A stretch of DNA of 64,000 nt from Azolla caroliniana (Eukaryota > Plantae > Polypodiophyta): contig JBHGNT010000018.1 of the NCBI GenBank assembly GCA_043228905.1, forward strand, positions 1,984,001-2,048,000, read 5' to 3'. The notes under the pieces are model-generated. The model did not search any database. It had not been told where the DNA came from and was given only the letters and a program-made list of their open reading frames with translations. This document shows, piece after piece, positions 34,538 through 47,730 of this stretch; within the stretch, counting starts at the first letter, position 1; each line of letters starts with the position of its first letter. The position numbers and the translations under genes are program-made.

Positions 34538-37500
34538 TTAACGTCTTTTAAGAGGCCAAAATGGCCTATAAGACCAAATAAGAGATTACATCTTGAGTGT
34601 TGTCTCGTCTTTGAGAACAAATCAAAATAAAATAAATACTACACAGTAAATATAAAAGTAAATAAGATGAAAAGAGAAGAAACGAGGGAATTTGGTTTTT
34701 GGCACATGTGAGATTCTCAAGTTAGGTATATTGTAGCTTTTGTCTTCGAAAGATCTCTAGCATAAGTTGATCCAAAATGGAAATGTCTCTGAAGCGAGGG
34801 AAGCACCTACGATGGTGGGAGATAATGGCTTTTATCTGTCGATGACAAGGGTGTCGAGGTCGTGGTCCATGGGGCCGGGGCCTATGTGCATGGGAAATTG
34901 CTATTGCCCGATCAATTGTAACCCCTTTGTTATGTCCTGGTCTGGGGCCCATTTGTGTCTCCCATGATGGACTTGTAGCATTAGTAGGAGTGATGGGGCT
35001 AAAGAAAGTTGTGATTGTTCTTTGTGGATGAGCTTGTGTGGTTGTATTCTTCAACAACTTTTCCCGATGTCTCTTGAGCTCTAGCAAGAAAAGTCCTAGG
35101 CATCTTTGGTCCTCATATTCCATTACCTTGCGTCGTGGGCCAAAGCCTTCTTTAAAGAGGCAATGGTATCTTCCTCTGATGTCAGCATGTAAAATGGGCA
35201 CCCTCCGTTCTGATCGAGGGGGGGAGTATATGTCTTCTGAGTTTAATGCATTTCTGGCTGAACGTGGGATAAAAGGTGTATGGTCAAAAGTCAGGCCTTA
35301 CCACATAGTTTTTGGCTTGAGGCTGTCATGTGTGCAGCATATGTACTCAACAGGTGTCCCACTAAAGCACTGCACTCTATCACTCCATGTGAAGCTTGGC
35401 ATGGCCAAAAGCCATCTGTTGCTCATCTGCGTGTTTTTGGTTGTTTGGCATATGCATTAGTGCCTAAACAACAACGCAAAAAATTGGATGATAAAGCAGT
35501 GAAATGTATTTTTGTAGGATACAGTTCTGAAAGTAAAGGCTATCGTCTGTATCATCCACAATCTAAACGCATTTTGGTTAGCCATGATGTTGTTTATGTG
35601 GAGGATGCAATTCAGCCACTTCTTTCATGTACGAAGGAGACATTAGTTAGCTCTAGAGATGTGTATGACACTTTGTTGCCTCTGTTTACAAGTGGACAGA
35701 GAAGTGTTGGCCCACTTGAGGCACCTTCTCAGCCTTTGGAAGCTACTCATAATGATGCAATCATTCCATTTCTGATGCAGATCATTCTATTTCTGATGCA
35801 GACTTACATGATGCACTTATTAATGAGAGGGCTGATATAGAGGCAAAGATTGTGCCTAAATGGCTGTTGCAGACTTTGCAAGACAGTAAATTGGATTTTC
35901 CTTTGTCATATCGTACTCGTTCGGGTTATCATAGTGCTTCTTTTGCATCAGATTGTTATGCTATGGCTACCTCTAGTCTTTGTGATGAGAATGAGCCTGA
36001 TTCTTTTGATGAAGCACAAAATTCAGAAAATTGGATGGCTGCTATGCAATCAGAATATGATGCTATTATGAAGACTGGTACATGGTCTTTATGTGACTTG
36101 CCTCTTGGCAAGAAGGCTATTGGCACTAAGTGGGTATATAAGCTAAAGCGTAAACCTGATGGAACAATTGACAGGTATAAGGCTAGGCTTGTTGCGAAAG
36201 GTTATGCCCAAGAAAAAGGCATTGATTTTGATGAGACCTTTGCGCCCACCTGCTGTATGATTACTATTCGTAGCATCTGTGCAATTGCTGCTGCCCAAGA
36301 AAAGTAGTTGCTGCAATGACCCTTGCAGAAGCATTTATAGGTGTAAAACCCTCAATATCTCATTTTAAAGTCTTTGGTTGTGATGCTTATGTTCACATTT
36401 CAGATCATAAAAGGACTAAATTTGAGTCCAAAACCAAGAAATATAAATTTCGTGGTTACAACACACAATCTAAAGCCTACAGGTTATGGTTTTTAGAATC
36501 AAAGTCCCTAGTCATCTCTAGGGATGTTCATTTTGTGGAGTCTAAACCGGATGACTCTAGGATTTCACCTGAGTTTACGGTTGAAATCCCAGCTCCTCCG
36601 GAATCTCGTATTTTAGACGAAGATGTCTCACCTTCAAGCCCCCCATCTCCTCCTACTTAACCTCTAACTCCGCCAACAATTCAAACCTTTCCCTCAACTC
36701 CACTCGTTTCCCCTCCCTCTACACACCAACTTCCACCATTTCCCAAGTGGCTTCAAGCCACCATTTGTGATTCTCATCTCGCCGATGCAAAACTTCATGA
36801 GTATACATCTAGTTCTCTGACCAACATGAAAAGAACATGTAGGTCACAACGGCCTCTTCACCCATGCAACTTTGCCTTACTGTGCACTGTTGTGCAATCA
36901 CAAGAACCCACAACAGCAAAAGAGGCCCTTGTTCTTCCAAAGTGGAAAGCAGCAATGGAAATTGAACTTGATTCCATTGAGCGGAATCATACATGGGAGC
37001 TGGTCCCACAGCCTCAATATCGACAAATCATTGGACTGAAATGGATTTTCAAGACCAAGTACCATGCTGATGGCACTTTGGATAAGCACAAGGCACATTT
37101 AGTTGCAAAAGGCTACTCACAAGTCGAAGGAGTGGATTACGAGGAAACTTTTGCTCCAACAACAAGGTACACCTCTATTCGATGTGCACTTGCACTTGCT
37201 GCTCACAGCAAATGGCCCATCTTTCAAATGGATGTCGAGTCAGCCTTCCTTAATGGTGACTTGAAAGAGGAGGTTTATGTTGAGCAGCCTCCAGGTTTCG
37301 AGATTTCAGAGCAGAAAAACATGGCCTACAAGTTACACAAAGCCGTGTATGGCTTAAAGCAAGCTCCCAATGCTTGGCATGACAAAGTTGATACCTTCTT
37401 TCTCTCTCTTGGGTTTCAGAACTGTTAAGCTGACAGCATTCTCTATGTTTTTTCCCACTTCCCAGGCATGCCATTGATCAGCTCCTTGGTCGACTCAATG

Positions 37501-40500
37501 TTGAACCGCCATTCTGGAGCTGAGAGGAGGTGTTGGAGGGTGGCAGCTCCAAACCTGCACTCTCTTTCATCTTTATTATCTCTATTCTACATTCTCTTCC
37601 TAGATTTGTCACTCTCTAGAATCTGCAACTCTTTAAATGCCTTTTTCTCTCGTCCACTTTTTCCAAGATATTCCCTCTTATTCCTACTTTATTGTACCTG
37701 GTAGTACAAGAGTCACTTAACTGCCAAACAACCATTTGGATGGGAGGAGTTTGTTACACCCAACAATTTGTGCTATAAGAGAAGGATCGACTAATATAAT
37801 GAACTATACTTGAGAGATTAGTTAACGATAAATACATACAAAATGATGAAGTACATTTTCAAGTAGTGGTGTTGTAGAGATCACTTCTTCCATTATGTTC
37901 TCTCTCTCTCTTTATGTATTCTGTGTTCTCTTTTTGTCTTATTTACTTATTCTTTTTTACTTATTCTCAAAGACAAGACAACACTTCTGATTTTCTTTGG
38001 CCTCTTAAAAGACGTTAATATATATTTCTTTATTTCTATTTGATGTTTCTCTTTTGATGTGGTTTTTGGTCTCTTTTACCTTTCTCACTTGTACTGGACT
38101 TTTAAACATAGAAGTTGGAACTTAAGCCTAAGTAGTTAGGAAAAAATAAGGACATGGAAGTTAGAACTTGGGAATAACGAGTTATGAAGAATAGAATGCT
38201 CAAGAATTAGTACATGCTATATATGTATTTGATATGCTATTTATTTCTAAATCCTATATCTACTAGCAAATATATATGGCTGATTATATAACTATTTATA
38301 AATTATTATTCTGAAAAATTAGAACATATGTTATATTTTGTTTTTGGATGGTCATTTTATAGAGTTACTTGGCTATGGATGAGTAATGGATTTTTCCTTG
38401 TGTCCATGTTGATGGGTAAATTATTTCCATTGTAGTCCTAAGATATTTTCAAATCTCTTTTTTTGTCATGTGCCATTTTCAGAGGCCTTAGACGAATGGA
38501 TTGCCATCAAATTCTCTAATTGGTAATGATGTTGTGTTTGAAGATGATGAGGATGTTGCTTTACATTGTGCGATTATGTTGTGGAGATTGTTGAACACTG
38601 ACTTTCTTGATGAAAATGGGATGGATACACAACTTTTGTTCTGCTAATGTTGGTAATCAGAGTGGAAAGTTTTCCTTTTTTAGAAGTTTTGTTATCCTTG
38701 GTGGTCCATGCATGGTGGATGACTAAGATGATGTTAATCATATTCAGTGGGCCATTAGTAAAGCTACAATAGAATAAATTTCTCTGGATTATTTATCTTG
38801 ATGATGGAATTGTTGCTGATGTCTTTGATGAATCTATGAAAATGTGGATGCTGACCTATTGTTTACAGCAAGTGATGCACGATTAAAGGCCAATAAGTGT
38901 TTTCACCTGAAGATGCCCATGAAACCTGAAGGATTGTTAACATGCTCTGAGGAGATGCTTTTTTTTATGATCCAGGTTATGTTGCAGATGACGTACATGA
39001 TGTGCACAAGTTGCAAGGGTTGGGTCTTGGATGGCAGAAGATATGTTACACAAGATGAGGTACTGAGATAGAGAGTGATTCATATCTGTTGATAGTGCTA
39101 GTTTGGGTGGAAGAATCATATGATAAGCAGATGATGTGGGATACTTATTTTGATGATGGTTGTGATAGTGAAAATGATTATGGAAAGGTGGAGAGTGACC
39201 TTTCCTCTAGAATGTGTATCAAGCTATGCACTAAAAAAGGTCAACTCACATGGAACCTGTAAATAATTTGTGCTTGAAAAGATACCTTATGTTTATGATC
39301 CAGGTTATGTTGTTGATGACTTACACGATGATCTACAAGATGCAGGTGTTGTGTCTTGGAGTGGCAGAAGATATCTCACATGAGATGGAGGGTGAGTTGT
39401 GTGTGGAAGTTATAGTTTCGGTGCAGGAAGGTTTATGAAGAAGCACATGCAAGGATGGTAGATTACCACTGAGCTGGATGAACTTATAGATTAGTCTACA
39501 ATTATGTTTTTTCTTTGAACAACATGTCCAAAAAGCAGATAAAGTGAAGATGATTGAAATGAAGCCCTCAAATATGGAAAGAGAGAAATACACAGAGGTA
39601 ATATATGGTGACATGACAGATAGATAAATGATTTATATGAGAATACACAATATGAAAATGATGATGCTGTATGCAATTGTTTTAGCAGGTAGATCATGCA
39701 TAATATGCTCAAACTTGATTTGTTCGAAACTTTTGAGGGCTATGATAATGTTTCATTGTGATGTGTACAATTTGATTAGTGACACGATACATGATAATCA
39801 GGCATTGACTTTTGAGGTTTATAATAATGCTTCATTATGATGGGACAGTTTGATTGGTGACATGATACATGATGGTCACACATAGACAAGACATGTACCA
39901 AGATTGCATTTGATGATGTGAAAGAAAAATGCATGGAATGCTCAAATACTTTGGTATTAGATCTAAAGGCAGATGGATGGGTGCTCTCAATGATTGAATA
40001 ATAAGGGTGTCACCTGTTTTTTGTACATATGCAAGGCTGGATCTGATTATCTTTTCCAGAAAATAAGAAAAACGAACATAGAGATGGTGTTATTAGGAAA
40101 CTATGAGTAGCCTTCCGAACGTTTTTCACCAAGAGTGTCAAGCATAGTTGTTCAGTATATGTGCAGATGGCATGATATATACATCAATCGTTTTGTAGAG
40201 TAAAATTAGCTACTTCACAAAATCCACTGTAGAAAATTCTGCATCTTGCCATAAGTGCAATGGCACTGCATTTTCTTTGAACAACAATCTAAACTCTATT
40301 CATTTTTTCAGTTGATTCTCTGTGTGTGTACTACTTACTGTGTGAGCCTTGCATATGCTCATCCATTGAGGGTTTTGGATATGGATGTAGCATTTCATTC
40401 CTCAGAATGATAAGACTTGGCTTTAACTATCACCTCTTGTTTGATTCAACCTAACGCTCTTTGCTTGTTAATCACAAACAAGCAAATAAATAATTCTGGG

Positions 40501-41774
40501 AACTAGACAATGGTTTTTGTTTCTTCTCTCAAGGATGTGTCACGAAACTTCATTTTGTTTTTTAGTCCCCTTTCTGTTACATAGAATAGAATATATTAGT
40601 ACCATGAGGAGACCAATTTTTACTTTTGGGATCAAATCAATATATCATCTTGTATGTGACTCCTTCCTAAGTATTTTGTAGTATAAACGCTAAAAATAAT
40701 GTGTACACATATGTGCTCACCCTTTGGTGGAGAATTGAGTATGACACTTAATTATGATGCCCATCAAACAAGTCAACTTACTTTTAGTGAATTACCTTAT
40801 ATGGTGAGCATGCTAGAAGTAAATGATATTCATCCTCTAGGTCTTCATTGCACACCTTACATATCATCATACTTGGGTGATGATGTCATGATGCTACCTC
40901 AACACATTCATTGTATGATCAAGTTCAGAAAATTGATTTTTTCATCCTGAAACATTTGACGTCGTGTTTTTTTTTCAGGTGGGCAGGGACTGGGAAGTAT
41001 AATAAGTTCTATGAGGAAGGAGTTTATCTATGTGCTGGATGTGAGACACCTTTGTACAAATCAACAACAAAGTTTGACTCTGGTTGTGGGTGGCCAGCAT
41101 TCTTTGATGGGGTTCCTGGTGCCATCAACCGGACTGTATGATCCTATATCTCAACTTTAAAACCTTGTATAAGTAAAAGTAAAGATTTGTAATACATTTC
41201 AATGAAACTTACTCATTACATCAATGAATGTTTACGTTGTGCGCCATGCTTTATTTATTTTTCATTGTGTACTCAATTCTCCAGATGGTCTTTTCATTTC
41301 TAGTATTCTTGACTTATTATATGCTTGACTTTTCATCATCGTATTCCATCAGCTTCTGAAACCTAATGGAAATGCAATCATTGATTAGTCTTTTTCTTTA
41401 GTTGCATATCTACTTGATCCTGTGCTTGAAGAGAAATAGATAAACGTGTGTTGGATGTTTCCTTTTACTGGACCAATCAATTTGCAGTCTTTTCAATTAA
41501 ATGCTTATACCTCTTCATCTAATTTTTTTCAACTAGAATGGTTCCTATGGTCGGGACTCAGTAATAATGTATGCTTGCATTATGCATGTGATTGATAAAT
41601 AAAAGAATTATGCTTCTATTGTAGGTTGATGCTGATGGACGGCGTATTGAGATCACCTGTGCAGCATGTGGTGGACATCTAGGTCATGTTTTCAAGGGCG
41701 AAGGATTTCCGACACCAACTAATGAAAGACATTGTGTTAATAGTGTCTCTTTGAAGTTCACTCCGGCAAACTAA
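32139..41774 (+). CDS. MSRB: Methionine-R-sulfoxide reductase B (SelR domain), 128 aa, 3 exons, probably cytosolic
   Basis: Exons 32139-32218, 40979-41135 and 41625-41774 (387 nt, phases join). [54 protein letters not shown] and RHCVNS. An in-frame stop at 32043 with no intervening ATG argues against a transit peptide in this exon. Confidence 0.95.
32766..32827. repeat. 62-nt near-perfect inverted repeat (28-bp arms, 6-nt loop)
   Basis: agttcgtttgtgtttgttatgtgtctca-atctca-tgagatacataacaaaaacaaacgaact. Confidence 0.9.
33165..33298. repeat. Compound hexamer microsatellite (TCTATA/TCTATG/TCAATG)
   Basis: Directly visible. Confidence 0.9.
34125..34700 (-). mobile_element. LTR-like repeat, inverted relative to 37880-38430; contains (TA)n(GA)n
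   Basis: Its reverse complement shares blocks with 37880-38430 (ttctcaaagac.agacaacact, ggcctcttaaaagacgttaatat, agttacttg.ctatggatgag, gtccatgttga). Shorter relatives at 32286-32345 and 34020-34083. Confidence 0.65.
35199..37765 (+). mobile_element. Mosaic of two truncated Ty1/copia elements ending in a polypurine tract and ~235-bp 3' LTR
   Basis: 35199-36305 is integrase-RT start closely related to the 18854 element. 36316-37460 is a second integrase-RT of another lineage. Polypurine tract gagaggagg, then LTR tgttgg...ccaaca at 37531-37765. Confidence 0.88.
37880..40000 (+). mobile_element. LTR-like repeat plus degenerate retroelement-like interior with ~330-bp internal duplication
   Basis: Inverted partner of 34125-34700. 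The block atgatccaggttatgttg occurs at ~38967 and ~39296. No intact domain recognised. Confidence 0.45.
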
Positions 41775-42499
41775 TCATGACAATTATAGTAACGATACTC
41801 ATATAACAATGATTATGTGTTTATGTATGATATAATTCATTATATGATGATAAAATATTTTCTTTGGATTTCTCCATGTATGCTTCTTAAGGGAACAACA
41901 GAACTGATTCGTAATAAGATGATTTTATGTTTGATTTTCTAATTGTTATTTATATGCTTTGCCTCTCTTGGTGTGGGAGTTTGACCTAATGCTTACAAAC
42001 CCTTTCACCTATACCAGAGAGAGGATGTAGAGTAGACGATTGCAAGTTATTGAAAGAGCGAAAGGCACGACACCCTCCTTGGCATAAAGAGAACTTAATG
42101 GGAAATGGGTTAATGTTGAATTCACAACTTGGATGATGAATAAGCATTGATTGCTTGCACGATGAGAATTGATTCACCTCTAGTTATGGGTCGACTTGGA
42201 AGATCGAACAAGAGGCAAAATTTGATCTTTCTTGGCCTGTCCAAATTTAGATGAGGCAGTGTTTTCATATCTTTGATGTTAAACTCTTATTGTGCGTGTA
42301 CTCAAACTAAAAATGTGTAATGAAGGATTAGCAACATCTCATTGCTCAAAGAGTGAAATCACAACTATACATTTGCCGATCATAGCCTTTATCATTACAA
42401 CATGCTTAAATGCTGAAGTTTAAAATTTCTAAAATTAATACTATATTGAATCAAATTAGTCAAGGGATATTTAAAGTGATTGAGATAATGTATAGAGGC

Positions 42500-42950
42500 A
42501 CATCTTGCATCAATGCCTTTTCAGATCTCAATATAATGTATTTTGTTGGCTAAAACACTAACTTCTGTTGAATGAGGTTGTAATCTTTATGTGCACTATT
42601 GCTAACAATAGTGCAAAATGTATCCCACAAGGTAGGCAATGTGCATAATAAGAAGAAACATTTTTCTATTCATCGTCTATACTCATTTTTTGTGCTTGCA
42701 ATTGAGACCATAATGCATCAAAGTCATTCAAATGAGAAGTTGCACTCTCGGTGTCCATCCATGCGAAAACCATAAAGTTTCTTCTTGAGATCAACTTTAT
42801 TTGATGTTTTCTCCTTCTCATAGGTACTACGTAATTTTTGTCATAGCTTTTCAACCGAGTCGTACTCCAAGACCATGAAATATATGTTGTCTACTACGTG
42901 CAATTTTATAGGGACATTGCCAAAAGATTGAGCTATTTTTAGTCATTATT
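42500..42950 (-). mobile_element. Decayed copia gag fragment
   Basis: ORF remnant SATSHLNDFDALWSQLQAQKMSIDDE followed by LLLCTLP..WDTF-like residues, resembling copia gag. Confidence 0.55.
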
Positions 42951-43024
42951 GATCATGCCTTCAAGACTCTTGGCTTCACCACTCAATGACCTTAACTAAC
43001 TTCTGTATATCAGTACCTTAATTT

Positions 43025-43332
43025 TGATATTTTAAGAAAAATCTTTTAATTTTGAAAAAAAATTAATTTTGTAATTTTTAAAATTAAAATGTGAAAATTT
43101 GAATTTTGGCCTAACTTGAAAACCAAAACCAAACTGTGAAACCGCGGTTTTAACTGTTTGAAGGTTTGAAAGTCTCTAAAACCGTTTGGTTTGAGCTTGA
43201 ATTTTTTGTAATGGTTCAGTTAAAATGGTTTCAAATTCGGTTTCAATTCGGTTTCAAATTTTTTGAACAGTTCGGTTTTAAATGGTTTGAGTTTGACACT
43301 CTCAAACCGAACCAAAGCATTGCCGATTGTTA
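43025..43332. mobile_element. Right half of an AACCG-rich hAT MITE
   Basis: Ends ctcaaaccgaaccaaagcattgccgattgtta, the reverse complement of the 43897 terminus. Confidence 0.7.
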
Positions 43333-43896
43333 GGGATGAATTGAGGCGTGCACAATGAACCGAGAATGTGATGAAGGATGAAAAAGATCAAGAGAGGAAA
43401 GAAAAAAACAAAAGTGTAGGGGGGACAAAAAAGTAAAATCTAGAACAGGAAATGAGGGAGACGAGAGTGATAAACAAAAACAAAAAGAGTGAAAAATATG
43501 TACAAAAACCAACAAAATGTAGTGTTAACAACCCTATGACATGCAAACAAAAAAAAAAGGGTTCTGCTACGACTTCAATGTGTTTCAAAAATGTGAAATT
43601 GGAAAGGGGAAAACCACAACGTAAGAGGCATATGGACAACAAGATGAGTTATTTTTCCTCAACAAGAGATCCCCAAGAGCTCCAACCTAAAAGTATCGTG
43701 TGAGAACGAGATGTAATTGGGATTAGTGATTTAAGGGAGTCACCATCAGGGTTTCTCATTCAGGAGGACATGTTGAGGATTCAATGTGGTTTGCTTTGGG
43801 CACCACTACCAAGTCAATGGTGTTCTCATTGTAGGCCCAAGATGCAAAGTGGTTGGCAAAGGAGTGCGAGTGTGGGTTCACATGAATAGGTGAGGG

Positions 43897-44388
43897 TAAC
43901 AATCGGCAATGGTTCGGTTTGAACCGAACTGACCCGCGAAACCACGACTTAACGACTTAACAGTTTGGTTTGGTTCAAGTTCAAGTTTTTTAAACGGTTC
44001 GGTTAGGTTTGGGGGGTGAACAGTTCGATTTAACCGTTTGAAACCGTGGTTTAAACGGTTTGATGGTTTTTAAATATTTTAAATAATTTTTTAAACAATC
44101 TTTTCATTTTTAAGCCTAATTCTCACGATGTAGGAAAAATCTTTAAAATTTTGAAAAATTAAAATTGGAAATAATGAAAAAAATTAAAATTTTAAATTTG
44201 AATTTTGACCTAAGTTGAAAATTGAAACCAAACCATGAAACCGCAATTTTAGTGGTTTACTGCTTTAACGGTTTGGATTTTTACCTGACGGTTTCGGTAT
44301 GACGGTTTTCTGGTTCGGTTCAGTTCAAGTTTCAAAAAATTTAAACGGTTCATTTTGGGCAATCTGAACCGAACCGCTGCCATTGTTA
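43897..44388. mobile_element. AACCG-rich hAT MITE (492 bp), same family as 4432-4915
   Basis: Termini taacaatcggca...tgccattgtta. Imperfect 8-bp TSD ggtgaggg/gacgaggg. Confidence 0.8.
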
Positions 44389-45599
44389 GACGAGGGGTTG
44401 TTCAATGTAAAAATATATGTTTGTCTTGGATCACATAACCCAAAGAAGAAATTTTGTGGATCAATTGAAAACAATTGGTTATGATTGAGGATTATGAGCA
44501 TTAGAATTTACTGAAAAGGATTACCAAAGATGTAATATGCATTTAAAAGTTTCTTCCATGTGCTCGGTTTCAATAATTTGTCAATTTAATTATATAGTTA
44601 TTGCAAGAACAAAATTCCACATCTAAATCGTAGATATCCAATGTTTGGGATGAAATTAATGCAATTTATTCAAGCCAAGTAAGACTTCAAAGAGGTGTGT
44701 ACTGGTGTTAGATCGAATTAAAGAGAAATTTTGATTTCCAATTGGAAATCAAGTTGGCTACTATAAAGCTATCAAAGTCTAGCCTAAACATATTTATTAG
44801 AGTTGGAGGAAAGACACAACACCAACAAATATGCCAAGAAAGAAGAAAAACAAGACTCAACTAATAAGATAATACATGTTGATCAAACTTCTCTCACATA
44901 CATATAGTAATACAATATGTATAGTGATCGTAAATTTTTGGTTTCATCAAAATGATATAAAAAAGGGAGACATTGCATAAAATAAATTCCACTAACAGAT
45001 GAATAATATCAACTAGTCATAATCACATTGATATGTATAATAGTAAGAATGCATTAACTACAACAACTTTTTTTTTTAATTGATTATATCTATTACATTA
45101 AATCAAGTTGTTCTAATTACAAAGAACTAGAGACCATAACTCTATGGAGGATTAAGTGAATATGCGCAAGAGAATTGATTAAACTTTGTGTGTTCACATG
45201 CGGCGTGCATGTGAGCATGTAAAATATATACATATGTAAAATACATGTTAAAGGAAAGAGAGACTTGTGCATCAAGGAGAATAATATGATATGAAAAGCC
45301 AATCAACTATGTAACCACCGGTTTATACAATATAATGCTTGGTTTATAAAGAACTTCTATGTAAGTAAACACAATGGTAGGAGATTAGGTATCAACATTA
45401 TTCTATCTAAAAACATCTCCCATTCATTAAGACAATGATGCACTTTTATATGGAGGTGCCCAATGAGTGTGCGCTTAAGCTTATTATCTCAACAATGATC
45501 ACTTGTCTCAAAGTGCTAATATATTTTATCAAACAACTAAATTAATTGTGCCTAAACAAAAAAGTATGACAAATGGCATATGTTGCAATACAAAGAGCA

Positions 45600-47730
45600 A
45601 TAGTGATATTAACTTTTAATTACCAATAAAGATATGATTAATCATCTAAAAGACGCGTTGTTTAGCGCTTGGAGTTACAAGAACATGGGAATGATGACTT
45701 GCTGAGACACAATCTTATGTTACATTTAAGCATGGTGATGTTCAATTATAATGCAAAGATTAAACTAATTGTGAACATAACTCCCAAAAGAGAATCATGT
45801 GTTTGAAATAATAGAAAACTTTTCAATATGCTAGTCGTGATTCAAAGCTAAACTCAAACTAACTCTCTGGTTGTTAAGAGATATGTTCTCAAAATGTCAT
45901 AATGTTGTTTTAGAACCATCAAAAGGATAAGTATGCCAAGGGTCTAAGCATTTGTTGTCAACTTTATTGTGATCTAGATTTATTACATGGAAAACAACAA
46001 TGATATTGGTCAAAACTTTCTTGAATTGAAAATCCATAGCAAGTTGCAACAATTCAAAGTATTTGAGGAATTAAAGATTTAATCACTGATGGTGAATGTA
46101 CGTCAAATGATGTTTATGGAATAATGTGATAATAAAACATCGATATAACTCCTACGAAGAATGGAGTGCCTTAAACGAAAAATCGGCATATTTTAGAAAC
46201 TGTAAGGGCTCTGATATTTGACATAAAAGTTAAAAAAGTGCTTTAGGCATTTATATCTCATTATGGAGTGACATTGATTAGCAATGCTTATGTGCAATCA
46301 TAAAAGACAATACTCCAAGTGAGAACTTATAGTAGTCTAACAAGGTTTACTTGTAGCTATTATGTACATACATACGCTCATTGAAGTTGGAAATTTAGTT
46401 TTAATGAAGTCTACAACATTTCCACGAGTTGGTAATATTGAGTTTTCAAGATTGGGAGTTAAAATATAAACACAAAATTTACGACAATAAGATGATTATC
46501 ATGGAATAGTGTGTTTTAGCAACATAAGACACAATGGGCCGGTAAATGCATGGATAGATTAACAAATTATATATCATTCACACAACATTAATCGTTTATG
46601 CCAAAATCCCAAAATTGCATGTTTATGAAGAAAGAATGTGAGAAGAAAATTGATGTATGGAATAAAAATGATAGATGTGAATCTATGTCAAGTCTTGGCA
46701 TCAAAATACAATTGGTTGCACTTGGATGTATAAGGTAGAATGCATTTGATGGTATTGTGAAGAAAAAAAAAAGCTAGAATTGTTGCAAAAGGTTATGTGT
46801 AAGCTATGTTACAAAGGAATTTCACTTTCCAAGAGGAGTTACAATATTGTAATTTATGTTGATGATTTCACAATCACAAGCACTAAACGATTCTTATCAT
46901 ATGTTAATTAGGAACTTGTATGTGAGTTTGGGAGGAAAGATTGGGGAGAACTATGGGGTATTTGTTTTGTTTTGAAAGTTCTAAAATGCCCTAATGGTTT
47001 GTCTCATGGTGTGTCAAAAACATTACATGATGGATATGCTGAAATTATTGTCTATGCATTCTTAACCTGCTACAGCAATTGTGGAAACAAACACAAATAA
47101 AGCTTGTTTGATTGGAGAACATACACAAATGATTAAGAAATGGAGGGAAATTTGATCTATCCAACCAATTTTATGAAAAGTATATTTTTATATTCACACT
47201 AAATTTATGCAAGAGCTTAAGCATGCATGTATTTATAGGCTATAGCCAAAGGCACATGAATACTTTTTTTTGACGCATACTAACGATAAGTTATCTATCC
47301 AGTTATATTTCCAATGTAGATTTTGGGCTAGAGATAAAGCATCAGGCAAAAGTACAAAAGGAATGTTTGTGGTCAATATTGTATAGTGTAGTAGTGTTGT
47401 CATGGGTGTCGATGACACAATCTATAAAGCATTATATAGAACTATTGCACAAGCCAAATTATTAAGTTAGACAGATGGAGATGTTGCTCAAACATCTTGC
47501 ACCACTAGTGAAAAAAATCAAGCAGATGGATGTTGCTCAAATTTTCTTGTGAAAATACTAGCTCAAATATGCCGACAAAAGAAATGATGTTTAACACGTG
47601 GAATTAAAGATGTGAAGATGCGATTGAAGGAGATGGACATTTAAAGTAAATAAAACCCAAATACCAAGTTACAAAAACATTAAGATTTGATTACATACAT
47701 TTGTGCTTGAGAGGGGATGTTGCATAAGTC
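45600..47730 (+). mobile_element. Highly decayed Ty1/copia internal region
   Basis: Remnants of TP..NGV..RKNRHILETVRAL (~46150), KARIVAKGY (~46770), IYVDDF (~46852) and a polypurine tract/LTR junction gagaggggatgttg (~47710). Confidence 0.65.
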
